A stretch of DNA of 64,000 nucleotides from an uncultured delta proteobacterium (GTDB lineage Bacteria; Desulfobacterota; Binatia; UBA9968), in the NCBI GenBank assembly GCA_963760795.1, contig CAVXEP010000018.1, positions 15,241-79,240 on the forward strand, read 5' to 3'. How positions within the stretch are numbered: position 1 is the first letter of the stretch; every line of letters begins with the position of its first letter. This document shows, piece by piece, positions 9,097-19,593 of the stretch. The notes under the pieces were generated by a model, which worked only from the letters and a program-made list of their open reading frames with translations, ran no database searches and was not told the origin of the DNA. The position numbers and the translations under genes were made by a program.

Positions 9097-9142
9097 TTTT
9101 GCACCCTTTGTGCGTTCTTTGCGATTATCTTCCGATTCCGAG
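9097..9142. repeat. Variant of the TTTGCG...CTTTGCG element
   Basis: ttttgcaccctttgtgcgttctttgcgattatcttccgattccgag lies between the ThDP-enzyme stop and the cytochrome start. Confidence 0.55.
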
Positions 9143-9175
9143 TCTCGTCCTTGCTTGCCGTTCCGCTGCCCCGGA

Positions 9176-10975
9176 TTACCGCGGCTGCGTGAACACATCG
9201 ACGACCACCGGCTTGCCGCTATCGACAAGTTCGATCGCTTTGTCGAGGATCGGGCCCAGCTCACCCGGCTCGGTGACCGGACCGAAGGCGTCGACATTGA
9301 ACGCACTGGCGATGGTCACCAGGTCCGGCACCGGATCTTCGATGCGGATGCCGATGCCTTTGTTTTCCACCGGCCGTTTGCGCGCCCGCGCCATGCGTTC
9401 CTGATGCTCTTCGTCGTTGTAGTAGGAGTGATTGTTGAGCACAATCACCAGCAGCGGGATCTGATACTTCGCCGCGGTCCACAGGGCGTTGGAGGTCATG
9501 AGAAAATCGCCGTCGCCCAATATGCTCACGCATAAACGGCCGCTGCCTTTGAAACCGAGCGCCGAACCGATCGACGATGGCAGACCGTAACCGACGCCGC
9601 CGCCGCGACCGCCGCCCATGCCGTGGGCCGGCTCGCTGACCTCGATGACTTCGCGCCAGCGCCGCCCGTGGGCCGAAACCAGCGCCCAGGCTTTGCCCTG
9701 CACTCGCTTGTTGATCTCGCTAAAAAAGCGCGCTTGCGAGATCGGCTTTTCATCCCAAGTTTTCTTAATCCACTCTTCGCTCTTCTTGCGGGTCTCGCGA
9801 TAGATCCCCTCGACCTTGGCGCGCCGATCCGCCACTTGTTTGGCAGAGTTGGGGTCGGCGGCCAAACGCTCGCGCACTTGTTCGAGCAAGGGCGGCAGCG
9901 CCACAGCCGTGTCCGCCGCGATCGGCACATGCACCGGCAAGAGCCACATGTTATCGCTCACCCAGCTCTGCCGTTCGAGATCGAGCAAGGTTATGTGAAT
10001 GACTTTGCACGACGGCGCGATGATCGGCGCGAAGTTACCGCGCTCGCGCATTGACGGTCCCAGCGGCACGCCCAGGCTCGGCACATCGAGCGCCAATACC
10101 ACATCGGCGTTTTGCAGTGCCTCTTCGCGCGCGTTGGTGAGATTCAACGGATGGGTACTGGGAAAAGCGTATCGCCCATCGGAGTCCACCACCGGCGCGC
10201 CCAGGGCTTCAGCCAAATCGAGCATCGGCGGCAAAGATTTGGCATTGCGCGCTAACTCGCCGGCGACGATTACCGGCCATTGCGCCTCGGCGAGAAAACG
10301 CGCGGCAGTTTTCAGAGACTCCGGATTAGCCCCTGGCCCCGCCGGCGGCCGAAACAGCTGCGCGTGCGGCACTATCATCGGCTTGTCGATCTTGGCTTCC
10401 TGGACATCGCTGTCGAGACAGATATAGACAGGCCCCTTCGGTTCGGTCATGGCGAAGCGATAGGCTTTCAAAAACGACTCGGCCACACCGTCCACGGTGC
10501 TCGGCTGATCGTCGAACTTGACGTAGTCGCGCACCGCCAAGCCTTGCACCAACGCGGTATGCACCCAGTCGGTGGAGCGCCGCTGGGTGGTATCCTGCGG
10601 CCCGCCGCCGCCGAGATTCAAGATCGGCGTGCGGTCGCACCAGGCGTTGAAGATCGCCATGCTGGCGTGCTGCAAGCCGACGACGTTGTGCAAACCGGTC
10701 GCCATGATTTCGCCGGTAGCCCGCGCATAACCATTGGCGATCGCCACGGCGATCTCTTCATGGGTGCACATGATCATCTCTGGGCCCTTTTCCGGCTCGA
10801 AGTTGACCATGGAATCATGGAAGCCGCGATAGCTCGCCCCCGGATTGAGCGCGATGTACTTGATGCCCAATTCGCGCAACACTTCGACCATCAAATCCGA
10901 ACCATATTGAGCATTACTCTTCCGGCCGATGCCCGCCGACCAAACTTCTCCGCCACCTTTAGGTGCCTCTGCCAT
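9176..10975 (-). CDS. Thiamine diphosphate-dependent enzyme (acetolactate synthase large-subunit-like family)
   Basis: 599-aa intact ORF. N-terminal PYR domain (ALNPGASYRGFHD), and a C-terminal ThDP motif GDGDFLM...N plus LLVIVLNNHSY. Confidence 0.85.
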   Translation of the reverse strand: MAEAPKGGGEVWSAGIGRKSNAQYGSDLMVEVLRELGIKYIALNPGASYRGFHDSMVNFEPEKGPEMIMCTHEEIAVAIANGYARATGEIMATGLHNVVGLQHASMAIFNAWCDRTPILNLGGGGPQDTTQRRSTDWVHTALVQGLAVRDYVKFDDQPSTVDGVAESFLKAYRFAMTEPKGPVYICLDSDVQEAKIDKPMIVPHAQLFRPPAGPGANPESLKTAARFLAEAQWPVIVAGELARNAKSLPPMLDLAEALGAPVVDSDGRYAFPSTHPLNLTNAREEALQNADVVLALDVPSLGVPLGPSMRERGNFAPIIAPSCKVIHITLLDLERQSWVSDNMWLLPVHVPIAADTAVALPPLLEQVRERLAADPNSAKQVADRRAKVEGIYRETRKKSEEWIKKTWDEKPISQARFFSEINKRVQGKAWALVSAHGRRWREVIEVSEPAHGMGGGRGGGVGYGLPSSIGSALGFKGSGRLCVSILGDGDFLMTSNALWTAAKYQIPLLVIVLNNHSYYNDEEHQERMARARKRPVENKGIGIRIEDPVPDLVTIASAFNVDAFGPVTEPGELGPILDKAIELVDSGKPVVVDVFTQPR

Positions 10976-11030
10976 AGTTCCTCCGTTGTTAGAATTGCGA
11001 ATTGATTAATTTTTTCGAAACTAATTTTTT

Positions 11031-11107
11031 ACCACGAAGGACACGAAGAGCACGAAGTTCGGAATAATATTTCTCCGAAACCTTCGTGTCCTTCGTGCCT
11101 TCGTGGT
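11031..11107. repeat. 77-bp perfect-type inverted repeat (ACCACGAAGGMCACGAAG arms)
   Basis: accacgaaggacacgaagagcacgaagttcgga / loop / tccgaaaccttcgtgtccttcgtgccttcgtggt. It could act as a terminator between the epimerase and the ThDP gene. Confidence 0.7.
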
Positions 11108-11120
11108 GAGTCCTCTTCTC

Positions 11121-12083
11121 TTACCTTCCCAATCGATCCAGCGTCTCGACGTAATCCTTCACGCCCTGCTCGACGGTGTACGCCGGTTCGTAGCCGATAT
11201 TGCGCTGCGCCGCCGAGATATCGAAGATGCAGTAGCTCTGCTTGCTTCTACCGAGCTTGCTCGGCCCAGGCCCGAGCTCGATCTTGTGATTGGGAAACAG
11301 CTTTGCCGCGGCGTTCAAAAAATCTCTCGGCGTCCACGCCTTGCCGGTGCCGATATTGAACGTCCACTCCTTGGGCACCGGCGCTTTGAGCGCAAGGTAG
11401 ACCGAGCGGCCGACATCGCCGACATAGACCGCGTCGTTCAACTGATCGCCGCCCTCGGGGATCACCCACTTCGCCCCTTCGCGCGCTCGCTCGATCAATT
11501 GGCCGTAGAACGACAGCGGCCCATGGCGCGCTTCTTTCCCCGGTCCGTAGATCGACACGAAGCGCAGGGCGATGAACTCGATGCCATAGGTCTCGCGATA
11601 GTAGCGGCCCAGCTCCTCGCAGCCGACTTTCATCGAGCCATAAAGATCGGCGGGAATCTTGCGGTAATCTTCGCGCAGCGGTTTGTAGTTCGGCGGCCCT
11701 TCCGCGCCGTTGATCTCGCCGTACACTGCTTTGGAACTGGTATAAACCACGCGCTTGATCCCCTTGGCGCGCGCCACTTCGAGCACATTGATGGTCCCGT
11801 CGAGACTGACCCTGACCCCGAGCCGCGGATTGGCCTCGGCCCCTTCCGGCATCAGCGCCGCCAGATGAGCGATGTGCGTGACTTTGTGATCATCGACGGC
11901 TTTTTCCAGTGCCGCCTGATCGCAGACGTCGCCGGTGACGATGTCGACCTGATTCTTGATATCCTCGATCAAGGTGTAGTCGACACGGTTGTCCATGAGC
12001 AGCGGGCGCAGACCGTCGCGCACCATCAAACGCGCCGTCACGGCGCCGTTGACGCCCATGCCGCCGGTGATCAAATACTTCAT
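11121..12083 (-). CDS. NAD-dependent epimerase/dehydratase (extended SDR)
   Basis: MKYLITGGMGVNG Rossmann motif; YGSMK catalytic Tyr/Lys. It overlaps the hyuA stop by 4 nt. Confidence 0.85.
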   Translation of the reverse strand: MKYLITGGMGVNGAVTARLMVRDGLRPLLMDNRVDYTLIEDIKNQVDIVTGDVCDQAALEKAVDDHKVTHIAHLAALMPEGAEANPRLGVRVSLDGTINVLEVARAKGIKRVVYTSSKAVYGEINGAEGPPNYKPLREDYRKIPADLYGSMKVGCEELGRYYRETYGIEFIALRFVSIYGPGKEARHGPLSFYGQLIERAREGAKWVIPEGGDQLNDAVYVGDVGRSVYLALKAPVPKEWTFNIGTGKAWTPRDFLNAAAKLFPNHKIELGPGPSKLGRSKQSYCIFDISAAQRNIGYEPAYTVEQGVKDYVETLDRLGR

Positions 12084-14126
12084 CGCCTCGCTCCTCCGTG
12101 CAACAACAGATTGCCCCCGTCATCCACCGCCATCCGCCAACCGGGCTCGGCGACGACAGTCGATGTCTTCTCTTCTATTATCACCGGGCCATCTATTGCA
12201 AAGCCCGGCGGCAACTTTTCCCGCTCAAATACCGGCGTCAAATGGCTTCCAGCCAAGAACATCACATTGCGGCGCTCGCGCGGTTGGACATTGGCGACGC
12301 CAGCCGAGAGCTTAACACTGCACGGCTTGCCCAAAGAGTACGACGCACTCACGCGCAGGTTGACGATCTCGATTTGCTCGGCGTCGGCGCGGTGACCGTA
12401 GCGCCGCTCATGCACCCGGCCGAAATCGTCGGCGATTTTTTCGATCGCCAATTCGCTAGCGCCATGAGCGATCGGCACGGTCAGTTCATAGGCCTGACCG
12501 CGATAGCGCAGGTCGAGCAGCCAGCGCACCTCGATGCGCTCGTCCAATGCGCCTTGGCCACAGAGTTCCCGGCGGGCTTCGCCTTCCAGCTTGGCCAACT
12601 CAGCGGTGACAGCCAAAAGATTGCGCGGATTGAGCAGCATCAATCTGGTAATCACCAAATCGTAACGCAGGTCGGACAGCAGCATGCCATAGGCGCTAAA
12701 GTTGCCGGGATTGGGCGGCACGATCACCTCGCGAATGCCCAATGCTGCGGCCACAGCGGTGCCGACCGTCGGCCCCATGCCGCCGAAAGCGACTAGACTG
12801 AACTCGCGCGGATCGAAACCGCGCTCGACGGTGAGCGTGCGCATGGTCGAGACCACGTTGGCGACCAATACGCGCTCGATGCCCAGGGCCGAGTCTTGCA
12901 CCGACAAGTTCAACGGCCCGGCGATGACCGACTGAATCGCCCGCGTCGATAGCTGCCGATCGATCGCCATCCCGCCGCCGAGCAGCACCGACGGATTGAG
13001 CTGACCCAACTCAACCAGCGCATCGGTCAAGGTCGGCTCGGTGCCGCCGCGCATATAGCAGGCCGGCCCAGGATTGGCGCCGGCGCTTTGCGGACCGACT
13101 TGCAGCACGCTGCCGTAACGCACCCTGGCGATGCTCCCGCCGCCGGCGCCGATGCTGTCGACTTCGACGGAATCGACGCGCACCGGGTGACGGCCGATGG
13201 CCCACTCGGAGCGAAACAGCGGCGCGCCGGGAATCAGCGAGACATCGCAACTGGTGCCGCCGACATCGAGGCCGAGCACATTCTTCCGGCCCAGACTCTG
13301 ACCAAGCTCATGGGCGGCCACCACGCCGGCCACCGGCCCCGACATCAAGGTGTGAATCGGAAAGCGGCCGAGAAACGACGGCGTACCGACACCGCCGCTC
13401 GACTTCATGACCAAGGGATAAGCGTTGCGCAGGCGCTTTTTAACCGATTGCTCCAAGCTGCGACAGATAGCGACCCATTTGCGGCCCGACATAGCTATTG
13501 ATCACCGTCGAACAGGTGCGTTCGTACTCGCGCCACAAGGGATTCACTTCGGAGGATAATGAGATATAGAGATTGGGAAATCGTCGGCGCACATGCTCGG
13601 CCACTTGGCGCTCATGCGCCGGATTGGCGTAGGAATGGAGCAAGACGATCGCCAATGCTTCGATGCCTTGGCCAGCCAGTTCATCGATGGCACGATCCAC
13701 TGTCGACAAATCCAGCGGCACCAGCACGTTGCCTTGGAAGTCCACCCGCTCGCGCACCTGGCCGATGCGCCGGCGCGGAATGAACCGCGTCGCGCCGGGA
13801 TAGAGGATGTTCATCACCTCGTCACCCTTCCATTGGCGCGCCACTTCGTAAACGTCGCGAAAGCCTTCGGTCACGAGCAAGCCGGTGACCGCGCCCTTTT
13901 CTTCGAGGATCGCGTTAAGCGCATGGGTCGAGCCATGGAGCAAATAAGACACAGCCTCGGCGCCCCACTGGGAACTCAGTTCTTCAAGGACATGATCGAA
14001 GACTTCGATCTGCCGCTGCGGATTGGACGGAACCTTTTTTACTTCCCTGATCTCACCGCTCGCTTCATCGAGAACGGTGATATCGGTAAAAGTCCCGCCG
14101 ACGTCGATACCTACACGTAGGCTCAT
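12080..14126 (-). CDS. hyuA: Hydantoinase/oxoprolinase A-type subunit (one apparent frameshift near 13453)
   Basis: The N-terminal ORF 13440..14126 (MSLRVGIDVGGTFTD...) joins ORF 12080..13492 at GRYLSQL|EQSVKKRL...VMKSSGG. The slip is in the ttgg run. Confidence 0.8.
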
Positions 14127-14166
14127 TGCATCTCTTTAACTCATGATATGCGCGAGATTCAGCTTC

Positions 14167-15885
14167 TCACGAGCGTAATCGCTTGGTCTCTTTCTCATCC
14201 ACTTTCGGCGGCCAACCATCAACGACGACGCCGTAAACTTCCCGCGCCGTCTCTTTGCTGATGTAACCGTTCCAGACATCCTCCAACACCTGCTCCACCG
14301 GCCGCTCATGCGGCTTGCCCCTGCCGCCGCCGCCGCCGTACTGCACGGAAAACACATCACCTTTTCTCAGCAGCAACTTGGAAACCTTCGAGCGCTGCGG
14401 TTTGGCGTGAGCTGAATCCGGATTCAACGCAGCCGATGATGGCCGCGCCGCACCGCCGCCGCCGATGCCCGGCGCGGCATGGAGAAAGCGATCGCTGCGC
14501 AAATTCACCGTTGCCTCCTCGCAGAGCATCTCCCAATCCCGCCGGATACCCATGCCGCCGCGGTACCGTCCGGCGCCCCCCGACTGCTCGTGCAGTTGGT
14601 AGCGGCGAATGCGGATCGGAAATTCCGCTTCGACCATCTCCACCGGCGTGTTCATGACGTTGACGACGAAGGAATCGAGCACGCTGACACCGTCCGAGCG
14701 CGGCCGCGCGCCGGCGCCACCGCGGCAGATGTCATAGAGCGAAAACCACCGGCCATCGCGGTCGTCACGGCCGGAGAACGAACAAGAGCCGCCCGCGCCG
14801 CTATCCGGGGCGCCGACCCGATCCGGCACCGCATCGGCCAGCACCATACCGACCACGGAATTGAGAATCTGGCTCGGCCGCACATACATGTTGACCGCCG
14901 CCGGGTAGCGCGGATTCAAGATCGTCCCCTCCGGCGGAAAGGTGATATGAATCGGCCGCGAGATTCCTTCGTTGAGCGGCAGGTCCGGGCAAAGCGCCGC
15001 GCTGATGAAACTGTTCAGCAAATACTTCGCCACACAGGGTCGCAAGTTGATCGGGCCGCGCGCCTGCGGCGATGCTTCGAGATCGACAAACAACTCATCC
15101 CCCCGCACCGTCATCTTGGCAGCGATGCGAAACTCGCGCTCGAACTCGATGGCGTCGTCGTCGAGAAAATCCTCGTAGGGGCCGTAGACGCCGTCGGGAA
15201 TTTTTGCGATCTCTTTTCTCAACTCCTGCTCGCAGATATCCATCCAGCGCTGCCAGCAGCCCAGCACTTCTTCCTTGCCGTAGGTTTCGAACAGTTCGTT
15301 GAGTTTTTTGATGCCGTAGAAATTGGTCTGCGCCTGAGCCTGAATATCGCCCCAGGTCACTTCCGGCGTGCGCGTGTTGGCCCAGATGATCTCTTTGATA
15401 TCTTCGTTGACCCGCTCGTCGCGATACAAACGCAGCGCCGGCAGGAGCAAGCCTTCCTGCATCAAGTCGGTGGCGTCGGGAGAATTGGTCCCGGGCACCT
15501 TGCCGCCGAGGTCCGGCTTGTGCGCCGTGTTGCCCACCATCGCCGCCAGCTCGCCGCGAAAAAATACCGGCGAGACGATGGTCACGTCGGTGGCGTGATT
15601 CTGACAGGCCTGGTACGGGTGATTGAGCACGTAGGCATCGCCCGGCGCCATGCGGTCTTTGAACTTTCGCAGCACCTCTTGGGTCTGCGCCGAGATACCG
15701 CCGATATGCAGCGGCTGCGGCACCCCCTGGGCCACCATGCGCCCGTGACCGTCAAGGATCGAAAAGGTGAAGTCCTGGCTCTCCTTGATCACCGACGAGT
15801 AGCCGGTGCGCAGCATGTTGAGCGACAGCTCCTTGGCAATCTGTATGGTCGCCCGGTAGACGACTTCCATTTGTATCGGATCCAT
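14167..15885 (-). CDS. hyuB: Hydantoinase B/oxoprolinase family subunit
   Basis: 572-aa intact ORF: MDPIQMEVV..., with SSVIKESQDFTFSI and NHPY..G.H..D motifs typical of HyuB/acetone-carboxylase alpha-like proteins. Confidence 0.9.
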   Translation of the reverse strand: MDPIQMEVVYRATIQIAKELSLNMLRTGYSSVIKESQDFTFSILDGHGRMVAQGVPQPLHIGGISAQTQEVLRKFKDRMAPGDAYVLNHPYQACQNHATDVTIVSPVFFRGELAAMVGNTAHKPDLGGKVPGTNSPDATDLMQEGLLLPALRLYRDERVNEDIKEIIWANTRTPEVTWGDIQAQAQTNFYGIKKLNELFETYGKEEVLGCWQRWMDICEQELRKEIAKIPDGVYGPYEDFLDDDAIEFEREFRIAAKMTVRGDELFVDLEASPQARGPINLRPCVAKYLLNSFISAALCPDLPLNEGISRPIHITFPPEGTILNPRYPAAVNMYVRPSQILNSVVGMVLADAVPDRVGAPDSGAGGSCSFSGRDDRDGRWFSLYDICRGGAGARPRSDGVSVLDSFVVNVMNTPVEMVEAEFPIRIRRYQLHEQSGGAGRYRGGMGIRRDWEMLCEEATVNLRSDRFLHAAPGIGGGGAARPSSAALNPDSAHAKPQRSKVSKLLLRKGDVFSVQYGGGGGRGKPHERPVEQVLEDVWNGYISKETAREVYGVVVDGWPPKVDEKETKRLRS

Positions 15886-15900
15886 AATTACAACCGAAGC

Positions 15901-15948
15901 GGTTCAAATCGTTTAACCGCTACGCTCCGTTCAAAACGTTCAAACCGT
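15901..15948 (+). repeat. 9-bp CGTTCAA-type tandem array
   Basis: ggttcaaat cgtttaacc gctacgctc cgttcaaaa cgttcaaac cg, immediately upstream of hyuB. Confidence 0.65.
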
Positions 15949-15974
15949 TTTAGCTGCGACGGAAGGTCGTCGAG

Positions 15975-16187
15975 CTATGCCGGCGATCCGCTACTCATCA
16001 AGACGTCTTCGATCTCAATGTCCTGCTTAGGCAGAAATGGCTTGGCAAAACTGACGAACGGCGGCCCGCTCGGCGAAAATCCACCGGTGGCAACGAGTAA
16101 CTTCTCTGCCGCGTGGCCGGAGAGACTCGTCAGCAATGCAATCGCTAACGAGCATGCGTCCGATCCGATTTTGATCCGAATAGTCAT
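15975..16187 (-). pseudogene. Probable N-terminal remnant of an NMT1-like binding protein
   Basis: MTIRIKIGSDACSLAIALLTSLSGHAAEKLLVATGGFSPSGPPFVSFAKPFLPKQDIEIEDVLMSSGS resembles the signal peptide plus first strand-helix of the binding proteins at 4090 and 37401. It stops after ~70 aa at the repeat array. Confidence 0.3.
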
Positions 16188-16310
16188 TACTCCAGCACTC
16201 CAATACTCCAGTTGACCCACTCCCCCGTTTCTACCCGGTTTTCCAATTCATTGTCCAGCCGCAAAAGGAGTCTATTGTCAGGCATCTAGAGTTCTGCGTT
16301 ACACCATCCG

Positions 16311-16378
16311 TCATACCGTTGAAGAACGGTATCCAGGTGGTTGGCGGGTCCGGATTCCGGCATGCGCCAAAATGACGG
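16311..16378. repeat. MITE-like inverted repeat (GTCATRCCG...GGAATGAC family)
   Basis: cgtcataccgttgaagaacggtatccag ... ccggattccggcatgcgccaaaatgacgg. Confidence 0.6.
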
Positions 16379-16544
16379 AAAGTAGAGTCCAGTAACAGTC
16401 ACCGAGTTCAGAACCTCTCGGTTCAGAGCCTATGGTAATTAAGTTCGGAAGAATTACGCTAGATCCTAGCGCCAAACCATTTGACTTGACCGTCAATTGC
16501 GCGTTAATCGAAAGGGAAAGCGCCGCTTACAGGAGAAGATAACT

Positions 16545-17901
16545 ATGAGCCAATGGCAACCACCCGAATTCATCGCCCGCGAACAGTGCATCAAAGACAC
16601 CGAAGAGGTCTTGGGCCTGCCCGACATCCCGATCACCAGCAGCGAGGATATTTTTCGCATCAACGTGCTCGGCATGGATTGGGACATGGGCATGGTCGTG
16701 CACCAACCGGCGGACCCGAGCAAAATCCCCACCGGCGCCGACGGCAAGAAGATCGGCTTTTTTCTCTTGCATGGCGGCTCGAGCGACTTCAAAGGCATCG
16801 AGCGCCACGCCAAGCTGCTCGCCAGCAAGTACGGCTGCCGGGTCGTCGCCGGCACATTTCCCGGACGATTCTATTTTCCCGATCCGAGCCGCGACTGGCC
16901 CGACGACACGATTCACGCCGACGGCACCGTGCGCACGCCGATCTGGAAACAAGGCGAGCTGATCGGGCCGGATCAGTACGAAGTCGTCAAAGATCCCAGC
17001 AAGCGCAACCGCTACGGTACCCGCACGGTGGCGAAGGCCAAAGCGGAAACGACTTTCTGGTATCGCATGGCCGCCTGGCCGGCAGCCTTCGAGGCAGGCA
17101 TGATCGAAGCCTGCAAGCGCCATTTTCCCGTCGGCGAATTTTCCATCTACGGCCAGGGTCATTCCACCGGCGGCCCATTCATCTGCATGCTCTCACAACG
17201 CGTCGAGAATATGGCCGGCGTCTGCGCAACGGAAAATTCGCCCTTCGGTTATCTCTGCTCCGGCCGCGATGTCTGGGGCGGCGAGATGGGCAAGATCACC
17301 GGTTACGAGAAACCGGAGAAGCAAGGCAAACCGCGCAGCGATCCCATTCGACGAACTTTACATACGCACCTGGCGCGACCTCGCCCGCTATCAAGGGCCG
17401 GAAGCACTCGGCCAGGAAGGACCGAGCGCCTTGATGCGCCTGCCGGCGATCATGGAAGACGTCCTCGACGCCTGGGAGCGCGCGAAAAACCGTCCGCAGT
17501 TCAAAGCGGAGTATCTCGTCACCCACGCCATCACCGGCTCGTTAGCCGAAGGCGCGAGAGTCAGCGCGGCGCGATTGAAAATGAATAAAGACGAAACCGA
17601 AGCGCTGGTACAACGGTTCATCGGCTACACACGAGAAATGTCGGGACCAAACGTCAAACCGGTACCGCCGTTCCTGTTCGAGATCTCCAAAGACAGCCGC
17701 GACCACAGCCCCGAAGTCTACAACGAAGTGATCATCCCCGGCTTCCGTGCCATGAAGCCCGCACCTAAAACCGGCATCACCCGCTTCGGTGCCGGCGTCC
17801 ACAGCTTCTGGAAACCGGAAAAAGATTTGCCGGCGGGCATCGTGCCGTCGGTGATCAAGAGTTGGAAAGAGGCGGTGGTGGGCGGATATTTCGTCGCGTA
17901 G
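16545..17901 (+). CDS. Alpha/beta-hydrolase-fold protein (one apparent frameshift near 17335)
   Basis: AGGAGA RBS plus ATG 16545 (MSQWQPPEF). HGGSSDF, then the nucleophile elbow GHSTGG. The C-terminal part lies in ORF 17269..17901 (IPFDELYIRTWRDLA...). Confidence 0.7.
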
Positions 17902-17959
17902 AAATCACCGGCGGTGAATGGCCGATTCTATGAGAGCGAGCTTGATTGTCATCTCGCCG

Positions 17960-18274
17960 CTAAAAGTCCAGAGCGAATTGCAAACTCGCATACACCTGTT
18001 GCATCTTGCCGGCGCTTAGCGTCGTGATCAGCGAACCGATCTTTCCTTTGGAAACCGTCTGGAGATGGTCGAGATTGACGGCGCAATCTCTCGGCACACC
18101 GTCTGTTTTCGTCAGCAACACTTCCGAGGGGATGTCTCGAATCGTCGATGTGATCGGAGCAACCGTGACCTCACCGAGAAATTCCAGCGCAGAATTCCGG
18201 GTCAGAATCAGAACCGGCCGTTCCTTGTCCGGCCGAGAAAACACGTACCATCGAACCTCGCCTCGTTTCATCAA
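17960..18274 (-). CDS. mazF: MazF/PemK-family type II toxin (endoribonuclease)
   Basis: 104 aa: MKRGEVRWYVFSRPDKERPVLILTRNS...VTVAPITSTIR...DCAVNLDHLQTVSK, the typical PemK/MazF pattern. Confidence 0.85.
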   Translation of the reverse strand: MMKRGEVRWYVFSRPDKERPVLILTRNSALEFLGEVTVAPITSTIRDIPSEVLLTKTDGVPRDCAVNLDHLQTVSKGKIGSLITTLSAGKMQQVYASLQFALDF

Positions 18275-18510
18275 TCACCCCAAACTTGCTCCGACTCCCA
18301 GCCACTAAATTCGCCGCGCTTAACCGGCTTGCGCTTGTAACCCGCGCGGTGCTTGGACTCCATGCTCTTCGTCCGAAACCCTTTAAGAGCTGATCGCAAG
18401 GCTTCGCGTGCAAAGATCGATCGAGTTGTTCCAAGTTTCTTCGCGGCGCTGTCAACGGCCTTTACCAGGTTCTCATTTAGGGTAATTTGCACTGTCTTCA
18501 TATGGGACAC
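18271..18510 (-). CDS. Ribbon-helix-helix (CopG/MazE-type) antitoxin
   Basis: MKTVQITLNENLVKAVDSAAKKLGTTRSIFAREALRSAL RHH fold pattern; 4-nt overlap with the toxin start. Confidence 0.8.
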   Translation of the reverse strand: MSHMKTVQITLNENLVKAVDSAAKKLGTTRSIFAREALRSALKGFRTKSMESKHRAGYKRKPVKRGEFSGWESEQVWGD

Positions 18511-18552
18511 TCCAATTCGCTATATTCCATAATAGTCCACATCAGCGTGTGC

Positions 18553-18925
18553 ACTCAAGCCTGTAGTGATCCTCCCCAGCTTCCGTGCCATGAAACCCGC
18601 GCCCAAAATAGGCATCACCCGCTTCGGCCCCGGCGCGCACAGCTTCTGGAAACCAGAGAAAAAGTTACCGGCCGGCATCGTGCCGTCGGTGAATAAGAGT
18701 TGGAAAGAGGCGGTGGTGGGCGGATATTTCGTCGCGTAGAAATCACCGGCGGTGTTTGGCTGATCCTATGCGAGTTTGAATGCTATCCCGCCGTTAAAGA
18801 CCCAGAGTGACTTGCAAACTCGTATGCACGCCTTCGTCAGCAATACCTCAGAGTGGATGTCTCGAATCGTCGATGTAATCGGAGCATGCGGACCTCAGCG
18901 GGTAGTTCCAGCGCAAACTTGTAAA
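18553..18925. repeat. Diverged second copy of 17733-18195 (3' end of the hydrolase gene plus mazF remnant)
   Basis: Colinear alignment by eye. It encodes ...ILPSFRAMKPAPKIGITRFGPGAHSFWKPEKKLPAGIVPSVNKSWKEAVVGGYFVA*, then a mazF-like segment lacking ~110 bp (copy-1 coordinates about 17997-18105). Confidence 0.75.
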
Positions 18926-19020
18926 TCAGCGCCGGAAAGCTGAACGCGTTTTGTTGATAGTTGGTTTCTTCTCTGGATGAGAACTGTCAATCAGCATCCG
19001 TTTATGATTCCTTCATTCAA

Positions 19021-19593
19021 TTAATAAAAAAACCCGCCGTAACGATTTTCTATTCTATGTGTGCTTTGTCCGCCAGAGGCGAACGCCAAAGGAAACTTTA
19101 GAGCCTTACTCTTAAAAAGAGTGTCATTGCCCACTCGCTTTGCAGTGACGGCTGCGTGAAGAAATTCAATGAGTTCCTCGGTATCTTTTAACGCCCGGTC
19201 GGCATTCTCGCGATTCACCATTTTGTAGATCTGTAGGTCCCTAAACATATCCGGGTCCTTGCCTTTTCCCACGTCCATTTCAAACGCGTATGCATCCAGC
19301 TTTCCGTGCGCTAGGAAATCCCTCAACCTGCCAAGGTTTCTTATAGTCTGATATGGCCTTCTACCATGATCGACTTCAATTCCGATCTTTTCGCATATGC
19401 TTCGTAGCTTGCCCTGAGTTCCTTTGTACGGTGCTTTGCTGAAGAACTCTCTTTCGTCTTTCCACGACTCCGCATCGATCCGCGGGCCAACAAGATTCAA
19501 GTAAGCCTCGTATGCAAAGTATGCCATCAACATTCCCGACGTAGCAAAATACCCATCAACACGTGATTTGGTCTCTGTTTGGGACAATAGCAC
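19021..19593 (-). CDS. Hypothetical protein with a HEPN-like Rx4H motif, in AT-rich DNA
   Basis: 190-aa ORF with a GTG start. The frame stays open a further 23 codons upstream without a canonical start. LGRLRDFLAHGK (R91..H96, 19306-19323) fits the HEPN Rx4-6H signature within a predicted helical protein. Confidence 0.4.
   Translation of the reverse strand: MLLSQTETKSRVDGYFATSGMLMAYFAYEAYLNLVGPRIDAESWKDEREFFSKAPYKGTQGKLRSICEKIGIEVDHGRRPYQTIRNLGRLRDFLAHGKLDAYAFEMDVGKGKDPDMFRDLQIYKMVNRENADRALKDTEELIEFLHAAVTAKRVGNDTLFKSKALKFPLAFASGGQSTHRIENRYGGFFY

Noticed and set aside
11103-12395. 430-aa ORF on the plus strand
   Set aside because: It is antisense to the epimerase and hyuA genes, which have clear family motifs. 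Low-complexity Arg-rich translation.
14479-16215. 578-aa ORF on the plus strand
   Set aside because: It is antisense to hyuB, Arg/Ala/Pro-rich with no recognisable motifs. It is a typical shadow ORF of high-GC DNA.
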